NCBI GenBank assembly: GCA_965217895.1
Contig: CBDCJV010000002.1
Span: forward strand, 4,192,001 to 4,256,000
Direction: 5' to 3'
Source: Waterburya sp.
GTDB taxonomy: Bacteria > Cyanobacteriota > Cyanobacteriia > Cyanobacteriales > Xenococcaceae
DNA length: 64,000 bases
Positions 41,742 to 51,761 of the stretch are shown here, one piece after another; position 1 is the stretch's first letter; each line of letters begins with the position of its first letter. The position numbers and the translations under genes were made by a program. The notes beneath the pieces were generated by a model. The model was not told where the DNA came from, searched no databases, and was given only the letters and a program-made list of their open reading frames with translations.

Positions 41742-41874
41742 CTAGTAATGATATCTAGCTTGCAAAAATTCGCTAAATCTTGCGGTTACTCGATAAACTA
41801 ATCTATGTTCCTGAGTAATTCTTCTCGACCAAACATTACTTGCTATATGCTTCAAGGGTTCAGGCTTGCCAATA
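41742..41874 (-). pseudogene. yoeB 3' fragment (copy 3)
   Basis: [42 protein letters not shown]. Confidence 0.85.
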
Positions 41875-41936
41875 TCTAGCATTAACCTTAGATGCAAATA
41901 GACTGAACTCAAGTTAGATATTTTTAATTAATCTAA

Positions 41937-42734
41937 TCAAATATCCATGCGCTTAATATATACGTCCATGTTATTTAATTGAGTAGCACCAAAAACCGTA
42001 GCAAATGCTGCATCAACTGCATCTCTACCTGTGCCAATCCTGACTAAGCCATCAGTAGGTGCGAGGCGAGTTCCGTCAAAATAATACCATTGATTTCCTA
42101 GATATGCCTCAAAGCAAGCATGAAAATCTGGTGGCTGTAGTTGCCAAGCATAAGCTGAGACAAACCTGGCGGGAATATTTAAAGCACGACAAAAAGTAAT
42201 GCCTAGATGGGCAAAATCACGGCATACTCCTGCCCTTTCGGTGACGGTATCAAAAGCAGAGGTATGAGAATCTGTGCTGCCAGACATATATGTTATTTTG
42301 TCGTAAATCCAGTCGCAAATAGCCTGAACTCTGGCGTATCCTGGCTGACAATCACCAAATTCATCCTGTGCTAACCTCATCAGGCGATCGCTTTGGCAGT
42401 ATCGTGAAGGATATAAATAGGGAACAATATCTAAGGGTATGTCTGCGGGTGAATTTTCTATAGCTTTTGACGGATGATGCTGCTGCCCAATTAGTTCTAC
42501 CGTTGCCTGATAGGAAAGTTTGAGATTTCCTTCGGGTGCTTCTAGTCTAAAATAGCTATTTGCTAGATCGCTTTCTTGATAGGTTTCATAATCTAACTCA
42601 GGTTCTATTTGCAAATTTTGCTGGATGATTTGCTGCTGTTTATTGGCTACCGCCCGAATATTAAAGATTAAGGTGCTAGCAGTGGAAATCTCATAATCTA
42701 GATCGCATCCAACTTTAAATTTCATGGCGGTCAA
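41937..42734 (-). CDS. Transglutaminase-like family protein
   Basis: YLYPSRYCQSD, GVCRDFAH, DFHACFEAYL, FDGT, GRDAVD. Confidence 0.9.
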   Translation of the reverse strand: MTAMKFKVGCDLDYEISTASTLIFNIRAVANKQQQIIQQNLQIEPELDYETYQESDLANSYFRLEAPEGNLKLSYQATVELIGQQHHPSKAIENSPADIPLDIVPYLYPSRYCQSDRLMRLAQDEFGDCQPGYARVQAICDWIYDKITYMSGSTDSHTSAFDTVTERAGVCRDFAHLGITFCRALNIPARFVSAYAWQLQPPDFHACFEAYLGNQWYYFDGTRLAPTDGLVRIGTGRDAVDAAFATVFGATQLNNMDVYIKRMDI

Positions 42735-42766
42735 TACTGAATTAGATAGTCGAACATATATATCAT

Positions 42767-42790
42767 AAGGGTTTTTCGCTAAAAACCCTT
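42767..42790. terminator. Intergenic stem-loop
   Basis: AAGGGTTTTT-CGCT-AAAAACCCTT. Confidence 0.55.
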
Positions 42791-42799
42791 GCTGTTTAA

Positions 42800-44449
42800 T
42801 TATTTGACAAATACCTGAGCTTCATATTCGGGTAAATCAATCGTAATCTGACCATCGCCAGCTTCAATATTATAATTACCAGTCCATTCGTGCCAAGTAC
42901 CATCGGCAGGGAAGTTAGGAATCGTACAATCAGCTAAAAAGTTGTCAGAGAAGTTAACCACAACTACTATTTGTGAGCCTTCATCATTCCAGCGAGTATA
43001 TGCCATCACCTTCGATTCTGCATCTTCATAGAAGAAATCGATATTTTCTGTATATAAGGCGTGATTTTCTTTACGGAGATGAATCAGGCCTTTGTAATGA
43101 GCAAAAAGATGCTGGTTTCGATCTCCTGCAAATAGCGTCCAATCGATTTTACTCGATTCTTGGTTTAGTGGCTGATAGTCGCCAAACTCTTCACCCATCC
43201 AAATCATCGGAATACCTACTGCGGTCATTAATAAAGCTGCACCTAGCTTTACTCGCTTAAAGGCAGCCTCGTCTACAATAGCGCGATTGCCCAACTCGAC
43301 CATTAATCTTGTCTGGTCATGATTACTAAGATAGTTGACTACGTTTGTTGCCCCTAAAAAGCCTTTTCGCTTACAGTCAAGCACGTCTTTTAACTCTTCT
43401 GGGTCATAGCGATCGCCACAAAGATGGGCAACTACGTTAGCATAGAAGCTATAGTGCCAACAGCTATCCATCGGTCCATCTTCATTAGTAATTGCTGCTT
43501 TTTCAGGAATGTGTTCGGCGACATTAAAAAATGGCTTCATTCCGCCATATTCTTTAGTGCGATCGACAATCCAGTGCATAAAATCGTAGTTATCGATTTG
43601 CTTGGCTGCATCGTAGCGGATGCCGTCAATGTGATATTCACCGATCCAAAAATTCACATTTTCACCAATGAATTTCCAGGCTGGTTTAATATCTAGATTT
43701 TGATCGTACATTTCGTAATTAAATTCTGGTCCCCAGCTATTGTCAGGATCGGTAGGGTCGTGATGAAACCAGTAGTCGTGGTCTATTTGCGTCAAAGGAC
43801 AGTCGGTATTGGCATGATTGTAAATTCCATCCAGAAATACTCGAATTCCTTTGCCATGACATTCATCAATCAAGTGCTTTAATTCGTATGTTGTGCCGTA
43901 ATTAGATTCGGCAGCAAAAAAATGTTGGGGACTATAACCCCAACTATAGGTGCCTGGATTTTCTTTGACGGGCATCAATTCAATGGCATTAATACCCAAA
44001 TCAGTTAGATAGTCTAGCTTTTCAATTACGTGCTGATATCTTCCTCTGGCTTTGGGATCATCTTCTCCACCTGAAAAGTCGCCGACATGGAGTTCATAAA
44101 TGATTAATTGATTATCTGCGGGTAAAGGTTTATCGTCATGCTGCCAGACATAAGTATCGACAATTTTTACGCCATCTTTAATAGTTATTGTCCCGTTTTG
44201 GCTCTCTGGAGCGATATCTACCGCATAAGGGTCGATTATTTCTACCCATTCATCTGGTTCTAGAAACCAGCTAAGAGAACGAACGCGAAACTTATATTCG
44301 TATTTTCCATCTTCTAGTTCCACTTCAGTCTTAAAATAACCATCGTCGCCCTTGGACATTGCCACAGGTTGCCAATCAGAAAAACAACCAATAACGGCAA
44401 CTTCTTTATTATATGGAGCAAATAACTTGAACTCTATTAAATTAGTCAT
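42800..44449 (-). CDS. GH13 alpha-amylase family enzyme with N-terminal CBM48 (branching enzyme/trehalohydrolase-like)
   Basis: IYELHVGDF, AIELMP, WGY, DGIRYDA, VAEH, NHDQ. Confidence 0.9.
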   Translation of the reverse strand: MTNLIEFKLFAPYNKEVAVIGCFSDWQPVAMSKGDDGYFKTEVELEDGKYEYKFRVRSLSWFLEPDEWVEIIDPYAVDIAPESQNGTITIKDGVKIVDTYVWQHDDKPLPADNQLIIYELHVGDFSGGEDDPKARGRYQHVIEKLDYLTDLGINAIELMPVKENPGTYSWGYSPQHFFAAESNYGTTYELKHLIDECHGKGIRVFLDGIYNHANTDCPLTQIDHDYWFHHDPTDPDNSWGPEFNYEMYDQNLDIKPAWKFIGENVNFWIGEYHIDGIRYDAAKQIDNYDFMHWIVDRTKEYGGMKPFFNVAEHIPEKAAITNEDGPMDSCWHYSFYANVVAHLCGDRYDPEELKDVLDCKRKGFLGATNVVNYLSNHDQTRLMVELGNRAIVDEAAFKRVKLGAALLMTAVGIPMIWMGEEFGDYQPLNQESSKIDWTLFAGDRNQHLFAHYKGLIHLRKENHALYTENIDFFYEDAESKVMAYTRWNDEGSQIVVVVNFSDNFLADCTIPNFPADGTWHEWTGNYNIEAGDGQITIDLPEYEAQVFVK

Positions 44450-44719
44450 AGTAATAAATGTCCCAGGGTAATTGTAAATATCGGGACTATGGATGCAAGT
44501 ATAAAAAAATTAACAATTGCCAACATCTATCAAGAGAATGAGTCGCTTTGCTCCATTTGAAATTATTAATCTTTCTCTAAAAGCATTTTTGTTTAAAAGC
44601 CAAAAGCTGAAAGCTAAGAGCTATCAGCTACGAATAGTACTATATTGTAAATCATTCGCCTTTGTAAACTTTGAACTTTTAAGTAAGTGTGCAAAATTAA
44701 TTACACTAAGGTTGTTATC

Positions 44720-44933
44720 AAATTTTTAGATATATTCGTTAAAAAAATTAATAAATCAACTGTAATAGTATTAGATAAGGCTCTAATTCATAAAAGTAAA
44801 GCTTTTCAAAAAAAGATTATTGAATAACGTAAAAAGAAATTAGAAATATTTAGGCTGGCGAATTACTCTGCGCAGTTAAATTTAATCGAAATATTATGGC
44901 GATCGCTAATTAATTTTGCCTAGGTACGTACTT
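44720..44933 (+). mobile_element. IS630-family transposase C-terminal remnant
   Basis: Degenerate TVIVLDKALIHKSK...YSAQLNLIEILWR (DNA..H / YSP.LN.IE motif) with stops. Confidence 0.7.
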
Positions 44934-45176
44934 ATATTGTCGACTCTGAACGCCCCATGACTACAGCTAAATATCTAATTGTCTCTACCGCTTGTATTTT
45001 TAGTAGATATAAAGCTTGTATCTTGGCGTGACTCAACGCTTTTTTCTGCTTCTTCATCAAAGATTTTAAGCTAGATGCTGATTCGGCGATCGCTATTTTG
45101 GATACTCCTGACATAAATTTTGCTAGTTCTTTTTCTTCTATACTAAGTCTCCAGTTACTTTTGAGAATTGGTATTA
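44932..45176 (-). mobile_element. IS630-like transposase N-terminal fragment with element end
   Basis: MSGVSKIAIAES...LK.L...K.QALYLLK...LA...GR..STI, truncated; TACCAATTCTCAAAAG end upstream. Confidence 0.7.
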
Positions 45177-45339
45177 TAAAAAACTACATTTGCTAACCAT
45201 CCAAATTAGTAGCATTAATACTGAACTTCCAACCTATTTTTATTTATAAAATAAAGAGCTACAACCTTCTATTTCATTAAGTTATAGATTATTTTCGCTA
45301 ATGATTCAATTCAATGATATGATCAATATCGTATAAAAA

Positions 45340-45413
45340 CGGGGCGTAGCGCAGCTTGGTAGCGTACCACTTTGGGGTAGTGGGGGTCGTGGGTTCAAAT
45401 CCCGCCGCTCCGA
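45340..45413 (+). tRNA. trnP: tRNA-Pro (anticodon GGG)
   Basis: Acceptor CGGGGCG/CGCTCCG+A, D-arm GCGC..TGGTA.GCGT, anticodon arm CCACT-TTGGGGT-AGTGG, T-loop GGTTCAAATCC. Confidence 0.97.
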
Positions 45414-45574
45414 TACATTTGAAACCTTCTCCTAGAGAGGGTTTTGTTGTTTCTAGATATATTTACAACTCCCTTTTTATTCTCAATAAGTAAGCCTTTT
45501 TTGGTGTTTTTCAGGGGGTTTAGAGCTAAAATTGGTAGAAGATTGGTAGACGGATTTTAGCCCTTGAACCCCCC

Positions 45575-46774
45575 ATGAATCCAAGCAAACAAGATATTAG
45601 TGGTAGACAAAGTGGTAGACGGAAGAAAAAGGCGAAAGGAACAGTCAAGATTGAATCAGATAAAGGTTGGCTGAGACTAAGATTTACTCACGCTGGCAAA
45701 AGACGTGCCTTTGCTCTTGGATTACCAGACTCTAATATCAATTGTAAATTTGCCGAACAAAAAGCCAGGCAGATAGAATTAGATATCCTTTCAAGCAATT
45801 TTGATACTACCCTACAAAAATATAAACCCCAGAAAACCCAAGAGGAGATTGAAGCAGAGCTAATCACTACAGAAGAACTAATACTGAAATTCATTGAATA
45901 CAAGTCTAAGTTTGTATCTTCACCTCGTTCCTTAGAAAAATATCAATCTGTCCTAACTCATTTAAGATCTTTTAATTTAAAAGGCAAAAATGCCCTAGGT
46001 TCTTTAGTAACTCAATTTGCTGTTGATTTCAAACCAGATTATTCAGAGCAATTTTATCAATATTTATCAGGGAAATTGGCATCCCTTACTTTAAAACAGT
46101 CTATTGTCTGGCTATCTGCTTGTTGGCAATGGGGCATTGGGCAAGAAATAGTTGAATCCGATCCTTGGAAACCTCTAATTAAGAGAGTCAAAGTTCCACC
46201 CAAGCAAATGCCCAAGCCCTTTACTTCAGAAGAAATTAAGGCGATTATTCAAGGATTTGACCAAGATAGATATTACTCACATTATGCTGAGTTTGTTGAG
46301 TTTTTATTTGGTACAGGTTGCAGAACAGGAGAAGCAATTGGCTTGTGCTGGAAACATTTGAATGACGACTGTTCCACTGTTTGGATTGGGGAGAGTTTGA
46401 GTCGAGGTATTAGGAAAGCAACCAAAACCAATAGAGCTAGAACAATTACCCTAACAGCTAGACTGCGATCGCTTTTACTATCGATGAGGTCTGAAAATTT
46501 AGATTTAGATCGACCTGTTTTTACTTCTCCCAAAGGTAATCCCATTGATGACCATAATTTTAGAAATAGAGCCTGGAAATCTGTCTTATCTAAAGTAGGT
46601 GTGGAATATAGAAAGCCTTATAATACTCGTCATACTCTTATTAGCCACGCGTTAAATCAAGGAATGAATCCAGTTGAAGTCGCTCAACTAACTGGACATG
46701 ATGTTCAAACACTATATGAAAATTATGCAGGAAATGTGAATAGTCGTCCCAGACTTCCAGAGATTATCCTGTAA
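45575..46774 (+). CDS. Tyrosine recombinase/integrase with Arm-DNA-binding N-terminus
   Basis: GWLRLRF...ALGL arm domain; TGCRTGE, K, YNTRHT, GH and Y catalytic motifs. Confidence 0.95.
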   Translation: MNPSKQDISGRQSGRRKKKAKGTVKIESDKGWLRLRFTHAGKRRAFALGLPDSNINCKFAEQKARQIELDILSSNFDTTLQKYKPQKTQEEIEAELITTEELILKFIEYKSKFVSSPRSLEKYQSVLTHLRSFNLKGKNALGSLVTQFAVDFKPDYSEQFYQYLSGKLASLTLKQSIVWLSACWQWGIGQEIVESDPWKPLIKRVKVPPKQMPKPFTSEEIKAIIQGFDQDRYYSHYAEFVEFLFGTGCRTGEAIGLCWKHLNDDCSTVWIGESLSRGIRKATKTNRARTITLTARLRSLLLSMRSENLDLDRPVFTSPKGNPIDDHNFRNRAWKSVLSKVGVEYRKPYNTRHTLISHALNQGMNPVEVAQLTGHDVQTLYENYAGNVNSRPRLPEIIL

Positions 46775-46882
46775 TTTTTTTACATTAAAATTCTTCAGTA
46801 CTCAATATTGCATTTCAATCCTAATAGAAAAAAACTGTGATGATACAATAGAAATCTAAACATATGAGGTACTACTTGAGCT

Positions 46883-47065
46883 ATGGATATTCGAGAACTC
46901 ACCAAAAAGGTAAAAGAGTCAGCATCTAAAATGACTCGCGAGGAGAAAATACAACTGCTGAAAGATGCCAAGATAATTGACGAGTCTGGCTACTACTGTG
47001 AAGAATTCTTTTCAGCAGAAACAGTCGCTAAAGACAGAGCAAATGGCAAACCACTAGTAATTTAA
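46883..47065 (+). CDS. Small hypothetical protein, putative antitoxin/partner
   Basis: 60 aa, GAGG RBS, TAATG stop-start coupling to the next gene. Confidence 0.6.
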   Translation: MDIRELTKKVKESASKMTREEKIQLLKDAKIIDESGYYCEEFFSAETVAKDRANGKPLVI

Positions 47066-47670
47066 TGTATTCGACAAAACCGAGTTTTGTTTATGGTTTT
47101 CACGGGATAGACAGAGATATTGCTATCCGTATCTTGAATCAAGAAGAAAATTTTCGTCACAGCAATAACTCCTATGATTGGCTGGGAAATGGAATCTACT
47201 TTTGGGAAAATAACTATCAAAGAGCTATTCAATACGCCCAAGAAGACAGCAACAGGTCTAATTCAACGATAACAACCCCTTTTGTTTTGGGTGCTGTTCT
47301 CGATTTAGGCAATTGTCTCGATCTGTTAGACCAAAAGTATATTGACTTTTTGTCGATTTCTTTTAAATTTTTCAAAGAAACTCTAGAAGAGGAAGGAAAA
47401 CCCCTTCCTAAAAACTCATCCTTTGGCAAATCGGATTTTGATTTTAAAAAAAGAGAATTAGACTGCGCTGTAATTCGTTTTACTCATCAACTAGCAGAGA
47501 AAAAAGGTATATATTTTGATTCTGTTAGAGCAGCTTTTTTAGAAGGAGAGCCTTTGTACCCAGGTTCGATGTTTAGAAAACAAAACCATATTCAAATAGC
47601 GATTATTAATCCCAACTGTATTAAAGGAATATTTTTACCAAGAGGGGAAGAACCCTTCCCCTCTTGGTAA
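47065..47670 (+). CDS. Putative ADP-ribosyltransferase-fold protein
   Basis: GFHG...F.HS.N.YDWLG.GIYFWE...A..YA...D.VRAAF...HIQIAI pattern resembling H-Y-type ART folds. Confidence 0.55.
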   Translation: MYSTKPSFVYGFHGIDRDIAIRILNQEENFRHSNNSYDWLGNGIYFWENNYQRAIQYAQEDSNRSNSTITTPFVLGAVLDLGNCLDLLDQKYIDFLSISFKFFKETLEEEGKPLPKNSSFGKSDFDFKKRELDCAVIRFTHQLAEKKGIYFDSVRAAFLEGEPLYPGSMFRKQNHIQIAIINPNCIKGIFLPRGEEPFPSW

Positions 47671-47703
47671 TTTCAATGATTAAAAATGTCTTCTAAAAAG
47701 ATT

Positions 47704-49055
47704 CTAAGCAAACTCTTTAAGAGAGCGAATCATCCCACAAGACTTATCAAACAGCACTTCTGCCGTCCCCGTATCTCCATGCCTCGCCTTTGCCAAAATC
47801 AACTCTAAAATTCCAGGTTGAGAGGTAGCAGGATCGTAATATTCATCCCGATAAGCAAAGATAATATTATCTGCTACCATCTCCAAAATTCCTGACTGAG
47901 AAAGATCTGACATCATTGGACGCTTATTCTGTCTGACTTCTACCCCTCTACCGACTTGAGATAAAGCCAAAACTGGTACTTCCAATTCTCCAGCTAGTTG
48001 ATATAGTCCTCGACCCACATCACCCAATTCATAACTGCGATTACCACCATTATCAGATTCCATCATTTGTAGATAATCTACAATAACTAAACCTAGCTTG
48101 CCTTCTCGTGCTTTAACTTGACGAGCCTCAGAAGCAATTCCAGCTACGTTGATTCCTCGATTATCATTCATGTATAGAGGCAAATCTACAGCAACCTCAA
48201 CAATCTTGGCTATGCTCTCCATTTCCTTTTCAGTAAGAGAAGATAATCCAGCGCGATGTTGACGAAGGCGATGTCCATTAATTGGAACTAAATCTAGATG
48301 CTGATAGCAATCCATGCGACTCATCAAGCTCCAAAGCCGATACTCCATCTGATGTTTGGTCATCTCTAGAGAAAAGATGATTACAGGCAATTTATGTAGA
48401 ATCATCTGTTGCAAGCCGAGATAGAGAGAAATCGCACTTTTGCCCATCGATGCTCTAGCAGCCAAGAGGGTCAAGGTCCCTGGCTCAAATCCAATAATTA
48501 GTTTATCGAGTTCTGGAATACCAGTAGGATAAATCGGATTTTCTTCATCAAGCTGATTAAAAGCAGACATAGCAATCTCGCTGTTTTGGTCTGTCTGAGA
48601 TCCCTTTGTTGAGTAACGCTGAATATTTCCTGCTCTGAATTATTCAAAAGCTTTTCTAATTCAAGAGTGGAATCATAGCCTAGATCGACAATTTTATGAC
48701 CGACTTCAATTACTTTTCGTCGATAGTATTTATCCATCACCAAGTCAACATAACGATCAATGTTAACTGCTGAAATAGTACGGTTCAACAATTGAGCCAA
48801 TTTAGCTGTTCCACCTACTTTGTCTAATCTGTCTCTATCTGCAAGATAGGTACTGATAGCCATGAAATCTGTCGGATTGCCTTGATAATAGAGTTTTAAA
48901 GCAGTCTGATAAATTTCCTGATGAGCCGAAACATAAAAAGCAGAAGGAATTAAAGAGGCTTCAACACGAGAGATTGCTTTAGGATCGAATAAAATTCCGC
49001 CTAAAATAGCTTCTTCAGCTTCAATATTGGCGGGAGGTAGATTTGCTTCTTTCAT
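47704..49055 (-). pseudogene. dnaB: DnaB-like replicative helicase split into two ORFs
   Basis: N-domain PPANIEAEEAILGGIL (48498..49055) and RecA-like domain AARASMGKS, IVDYLQ, ALSQ, RPMMSDLSQSG, KARHG (47704..48570); one-base offset near 48585. Confidence 0.85.
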
Positions 49056-50050
49056 GCTAAACCTCTTTGAATTGATTCATTATCAAAAAAGCTTTTCATT
49101 CTCAGGTTACGTAAATGTTCGCAGCCCTCAGAAACGTGTTTGCCTAACGGTTTAGAAATCAGTTTTGATTGACTCTTTAGTTTGTCGATTCTTTTAATTT
49201 GGTTGTCAGGATTATCTAATAGTCGATTAAATTCTGATGTAGATATTTCACTCCCAGTTTTTCGATAGCCGTTTTTTTCCTGGTTTAACTGTTTCTGATA
49301 GTTGGCGATCGCTTTTTGTTTAGCGTTACCAACAACTGAACTCGAATCAGAATAGGATTTACGAGCTTTATTTTCCTTTTGGTACTTCTGATAATAAACT
49401 TCCCAACGATTTTGCCCTGCTTTAGTTTGACTGGCTAACCAAGCTTCTAAATCGTGTATTGGTTGTTGGAAGTTTTTAATTGCCTCTTTGACAAACTTAA
49501 AAAAATTCTCGCTCTCACCTTCTGAGAGAGTCTTTTTAAAGTCTATATAAGTCTTAGAGATCTTAGTAATTTCAAACCTTTGCTCTGAGCCAGTTTCAGA
49601 CGATGATGACGACACTAGTGTCGTCAGAGCGATCTTGCTGTCGTCTAAGCGATCCTGATGTCGCTGAAGCGACGCTGGTGTCGTCAAAACGATCTCGTTG
49701 TCGTCTGACGATTCTGATGTCGCTAATTGTGAATCGTCTTTTACTTCAGAATTGTTTTTACTATTGGTTGCAGACTTGGACTTGAGACGATATTTAAATT
49801 TGCTAATTACAAGTTCAATTAAGCTCTCTTGTTGCAACTTGGATAGAGCGCGTTGAGCAGTGCGACGGCTGATTCCTAGATCTTCAGCGATTTTTTGAGT
49901 ATCGGCTTCGATGAGTTTTCCTCCAAAAGGATCGTTAGTTTTCAACCATAGGTAGATAGAAAGCTCTGACTGAGTAAGGATTTGATTGAGTTGGAGAAAT
50001 TCTTGATGCTGAAGTGGATAAAACTTGCCTTGGACTTTTTTGGTAGACAT
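49052..50050 (-). CDS. Phage/plasmid-type replication initiator (HTH) with internal iterons
   Basis: HTH IAEDLGISRRTAQRALSKL; central repeat block; overlaps the dnaB start (lambda O-P-like layout). Confidence 0.7.
   Translation of the reverse strand: MSTKKVQGKFYPLQHQEFLQLNQILTQSELSIYLWLKTNDPFGGKLIEADTQKIAEDLGISRRTAQRALSKLQQESLIELVISKFKYRLKSKSATNSKNNSEVKDDSQLATSESSDDNEIVLTTPASLQRHQDRLDDSKIALTTLVSSSSSETGSEQRFEITKISKTYIDFKKTLSEGESENFFKFVKEAIKNFQQPIHDLEAWLASQTKAGQNRWEVYYQKYQKENKARKSYSDSSSVVGNAKQKAIANYQKQLNQEKNGYRKTGSEISTSEFNRLLDNPDNQIKRIDKLKSQSKLISKPLGKHVSEGCEHLRNLRMKSFFDNESIQRGLA
49608..49725. repeat. Six iteron-like repeats at 20-bp spacing
   Basis: RCGA-N6-TGTCG; TGTCG starts at 49619, 49639, 49659, 49679, 49699, 49718. 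Confidence 0.85.
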
Positions 50051-50130
50051 GATGTAAAAAAAAATGTGTGGCGAATCAATGCCCCTGTTATCTATTGCAA
50101 GAGCATTGTTTAGTTATTGGAAGATCTAAT

Positions 50131-50424
50131 TTACTTAGATTTACGATTGCGCTTTTTCTGTTGATTAGAAAGCAGAGTAGCTAGGTACACCTCAATCCCT
50201 TTTTGGTGAGCTTGGGGATCGGAAAAATTAGCAAACCAATCTCGTAAAAGCCCTTCGTGATACCTAATAGTTCTAGAATTTAAACACTGAAAATGAATAC
50301 CTTGAGTCCAGAACTTTTTCCGATAGACTTGAAGTGTCCAAGTTGATATACCTAGCAACTGGGCAGCATCATTTTTGTCCAGCCAATTTTTATGAGTCAA
50401 GGTAACAGATGTTTGAGTTGTCAT
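50131..50424 (-). CDS. Excisionase-like HTH protein
   Basis: WLDKNDAAQLLGISTWTL..YR...W..GIHF...IRY winged-helix pattern. Confidence 0.75.
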   Translation of the reverse strand: MTTQTSVTLTHKNWLDKNDAAQLLGISTWTLQVYRKKFWTQGIHFQCLNSRTIRYHEGLLRDWFANFSDPQAHQKGIEVYLATLLSNQQKKRNRKSK

Positions 50425-50735
50425 GATGTCCTCTTATTTGTAGTGTGCCGAGATACAGAACACGCAACTCTCTGAAGGTAAATGCTTACTAAGCTAAGAT
50501 CTATTTCTCTAAGGTCGAGTAAAATATAGATAGCACAGCGCAAGCTGTCTCTAAAGAGTCGAGCTTTACAGGGATCTTTTCATTTTGGTCGGTGAACCCT
50601 ATCTGTCTCGGCTCTTTTAAATTTATCAAAAAATTACTAATAAAACCAGTTTTATAGCAAATATTACAAAGTAATAATTTTATTTTGTTCAATATTGTGT
50701 AATATTATTTCAGGGCAACTGTTCTATTAAATACT

Positions 50736-51761
50736 GTGACTTCATCGGAATTATTGAATTTACCATTATCAGAATTAATCAAAACGGCGAGAAAGGCTAA
50801 CAACCTTACTCAAAATGATTTTGGCAAATTTTTTGAGCCTTCAATAGCCCAACCGACAATAGCAAGATGGGAAAAAGGAGATCTTCTACCAGATCGGAAG
50901 CATTTTCCAAAAATAGCATCTTTGCTTAATTTGACACTAGAAGAGTTATTAAACCTTGTTCAAGTGCAATTAGAGGAAGACGCAAATACTTCTTGTGAGT
51001 CGGAAGAGGAAACTTACATTTACGATAGTCGTCACTTAAAAGTTCTTAATAAGGGAGCAAAAGTATGGAATCGCTGGAGAGACAAAAACGACGAAATACT
51101 TCCACAGCTAGAAGGAGCAGAACCAAAAGAAGATTATCTTGATGAAATCGACTTACATAGTGCTTATTTGAGGAAAACGCATTTCAAAGGAAAATCATTA
51201 ATAAGAGCAGAATTTCGAGGAGCAGATCTGAGCGAAGCAAATCTGAGCAATGCTGATTTGAGCGGTGCTGATTTACGGTTTACAAATTTAACTAAATCGA
51301 ACCTGAGAAAGACAAATCTAAATAACGCTAATTTATTTGGCGCAGATCTTAGCGAAGCTATCCTTGTAGGTACTATTTTGTGCGATGCCAATTTAAAAGA
51401 GGCAAACTTGAGCAATGCCGATCTTACTCATGCTGATATGAGGGGAGCAAATTTAAATCAGGCAAATCTTGAATATGCGATCCTCAAATATTGCTATGTC
51501 TATGGAATATCCGATTGGAATATCAATCTAAATGGAGCAGTTCAGAAACAATTATCTATTTGCCAATATAGAACACAGTCAATATACGTTGATTGCATAG
51601 AGAATGCGCGCCTTAAATTATTAGAGATAAATAGTCGCGATCTTCCAGAAATACATAAATGTGTAAATAAATTGCAGACAGCTATTAGTGAAAATAGAGC
51701 TAGTTTTAAAGAAAAGCTGGAAAGATTACAGAAGTCAAAGGGAGTTGAGAATGAAACTTGA
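50736..51761 (+). CDS. XRE-family HTH fused to pentapeptide repeats
   Basis: IKTARKANNLTQ...QPTIARWEKG HTH; (A-D/N-L-x-x)n repeats; divergent from xis. Confidence 0.85.
   Translation: MTSSELLNLPLSELIKTARKANNLTQNDFGKFFEPSIAQPTIARWEKGDLLPDRKHFPKIASLLNLTLEELLNLVQVQLEEDANTSCESEEETYIYDSRHLKVLNKGAKVWNRWRDKNDEILPQLEGAEPKEDYLDEIDLHSAYLRKTHFKGKSLIRAEFRGADLSEANLSNADLSGADLRFTNLTKSNLRKTNLNNANLFGADLSEAILVGTILCDANLKEANLSNADLTHADMRGANLNQANLEYAILKYCYVYGISDWNINLNGAVQKQLSICQYRTQSIYVDCIENARLKLLEINSRDLPEIHKCVNKLQTAISENRASFKEKLERLQKSKGVENET

Noticed and set aside
35897..41874. Integron cassette array
   Set aside because: No intI and no convincing attC sites; the repeats are gene fragments
49608..49725. Mini-CRISPR array
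   Set aside because: The 20-bp period is too short, it lies inside a CDS, and it fits iterons
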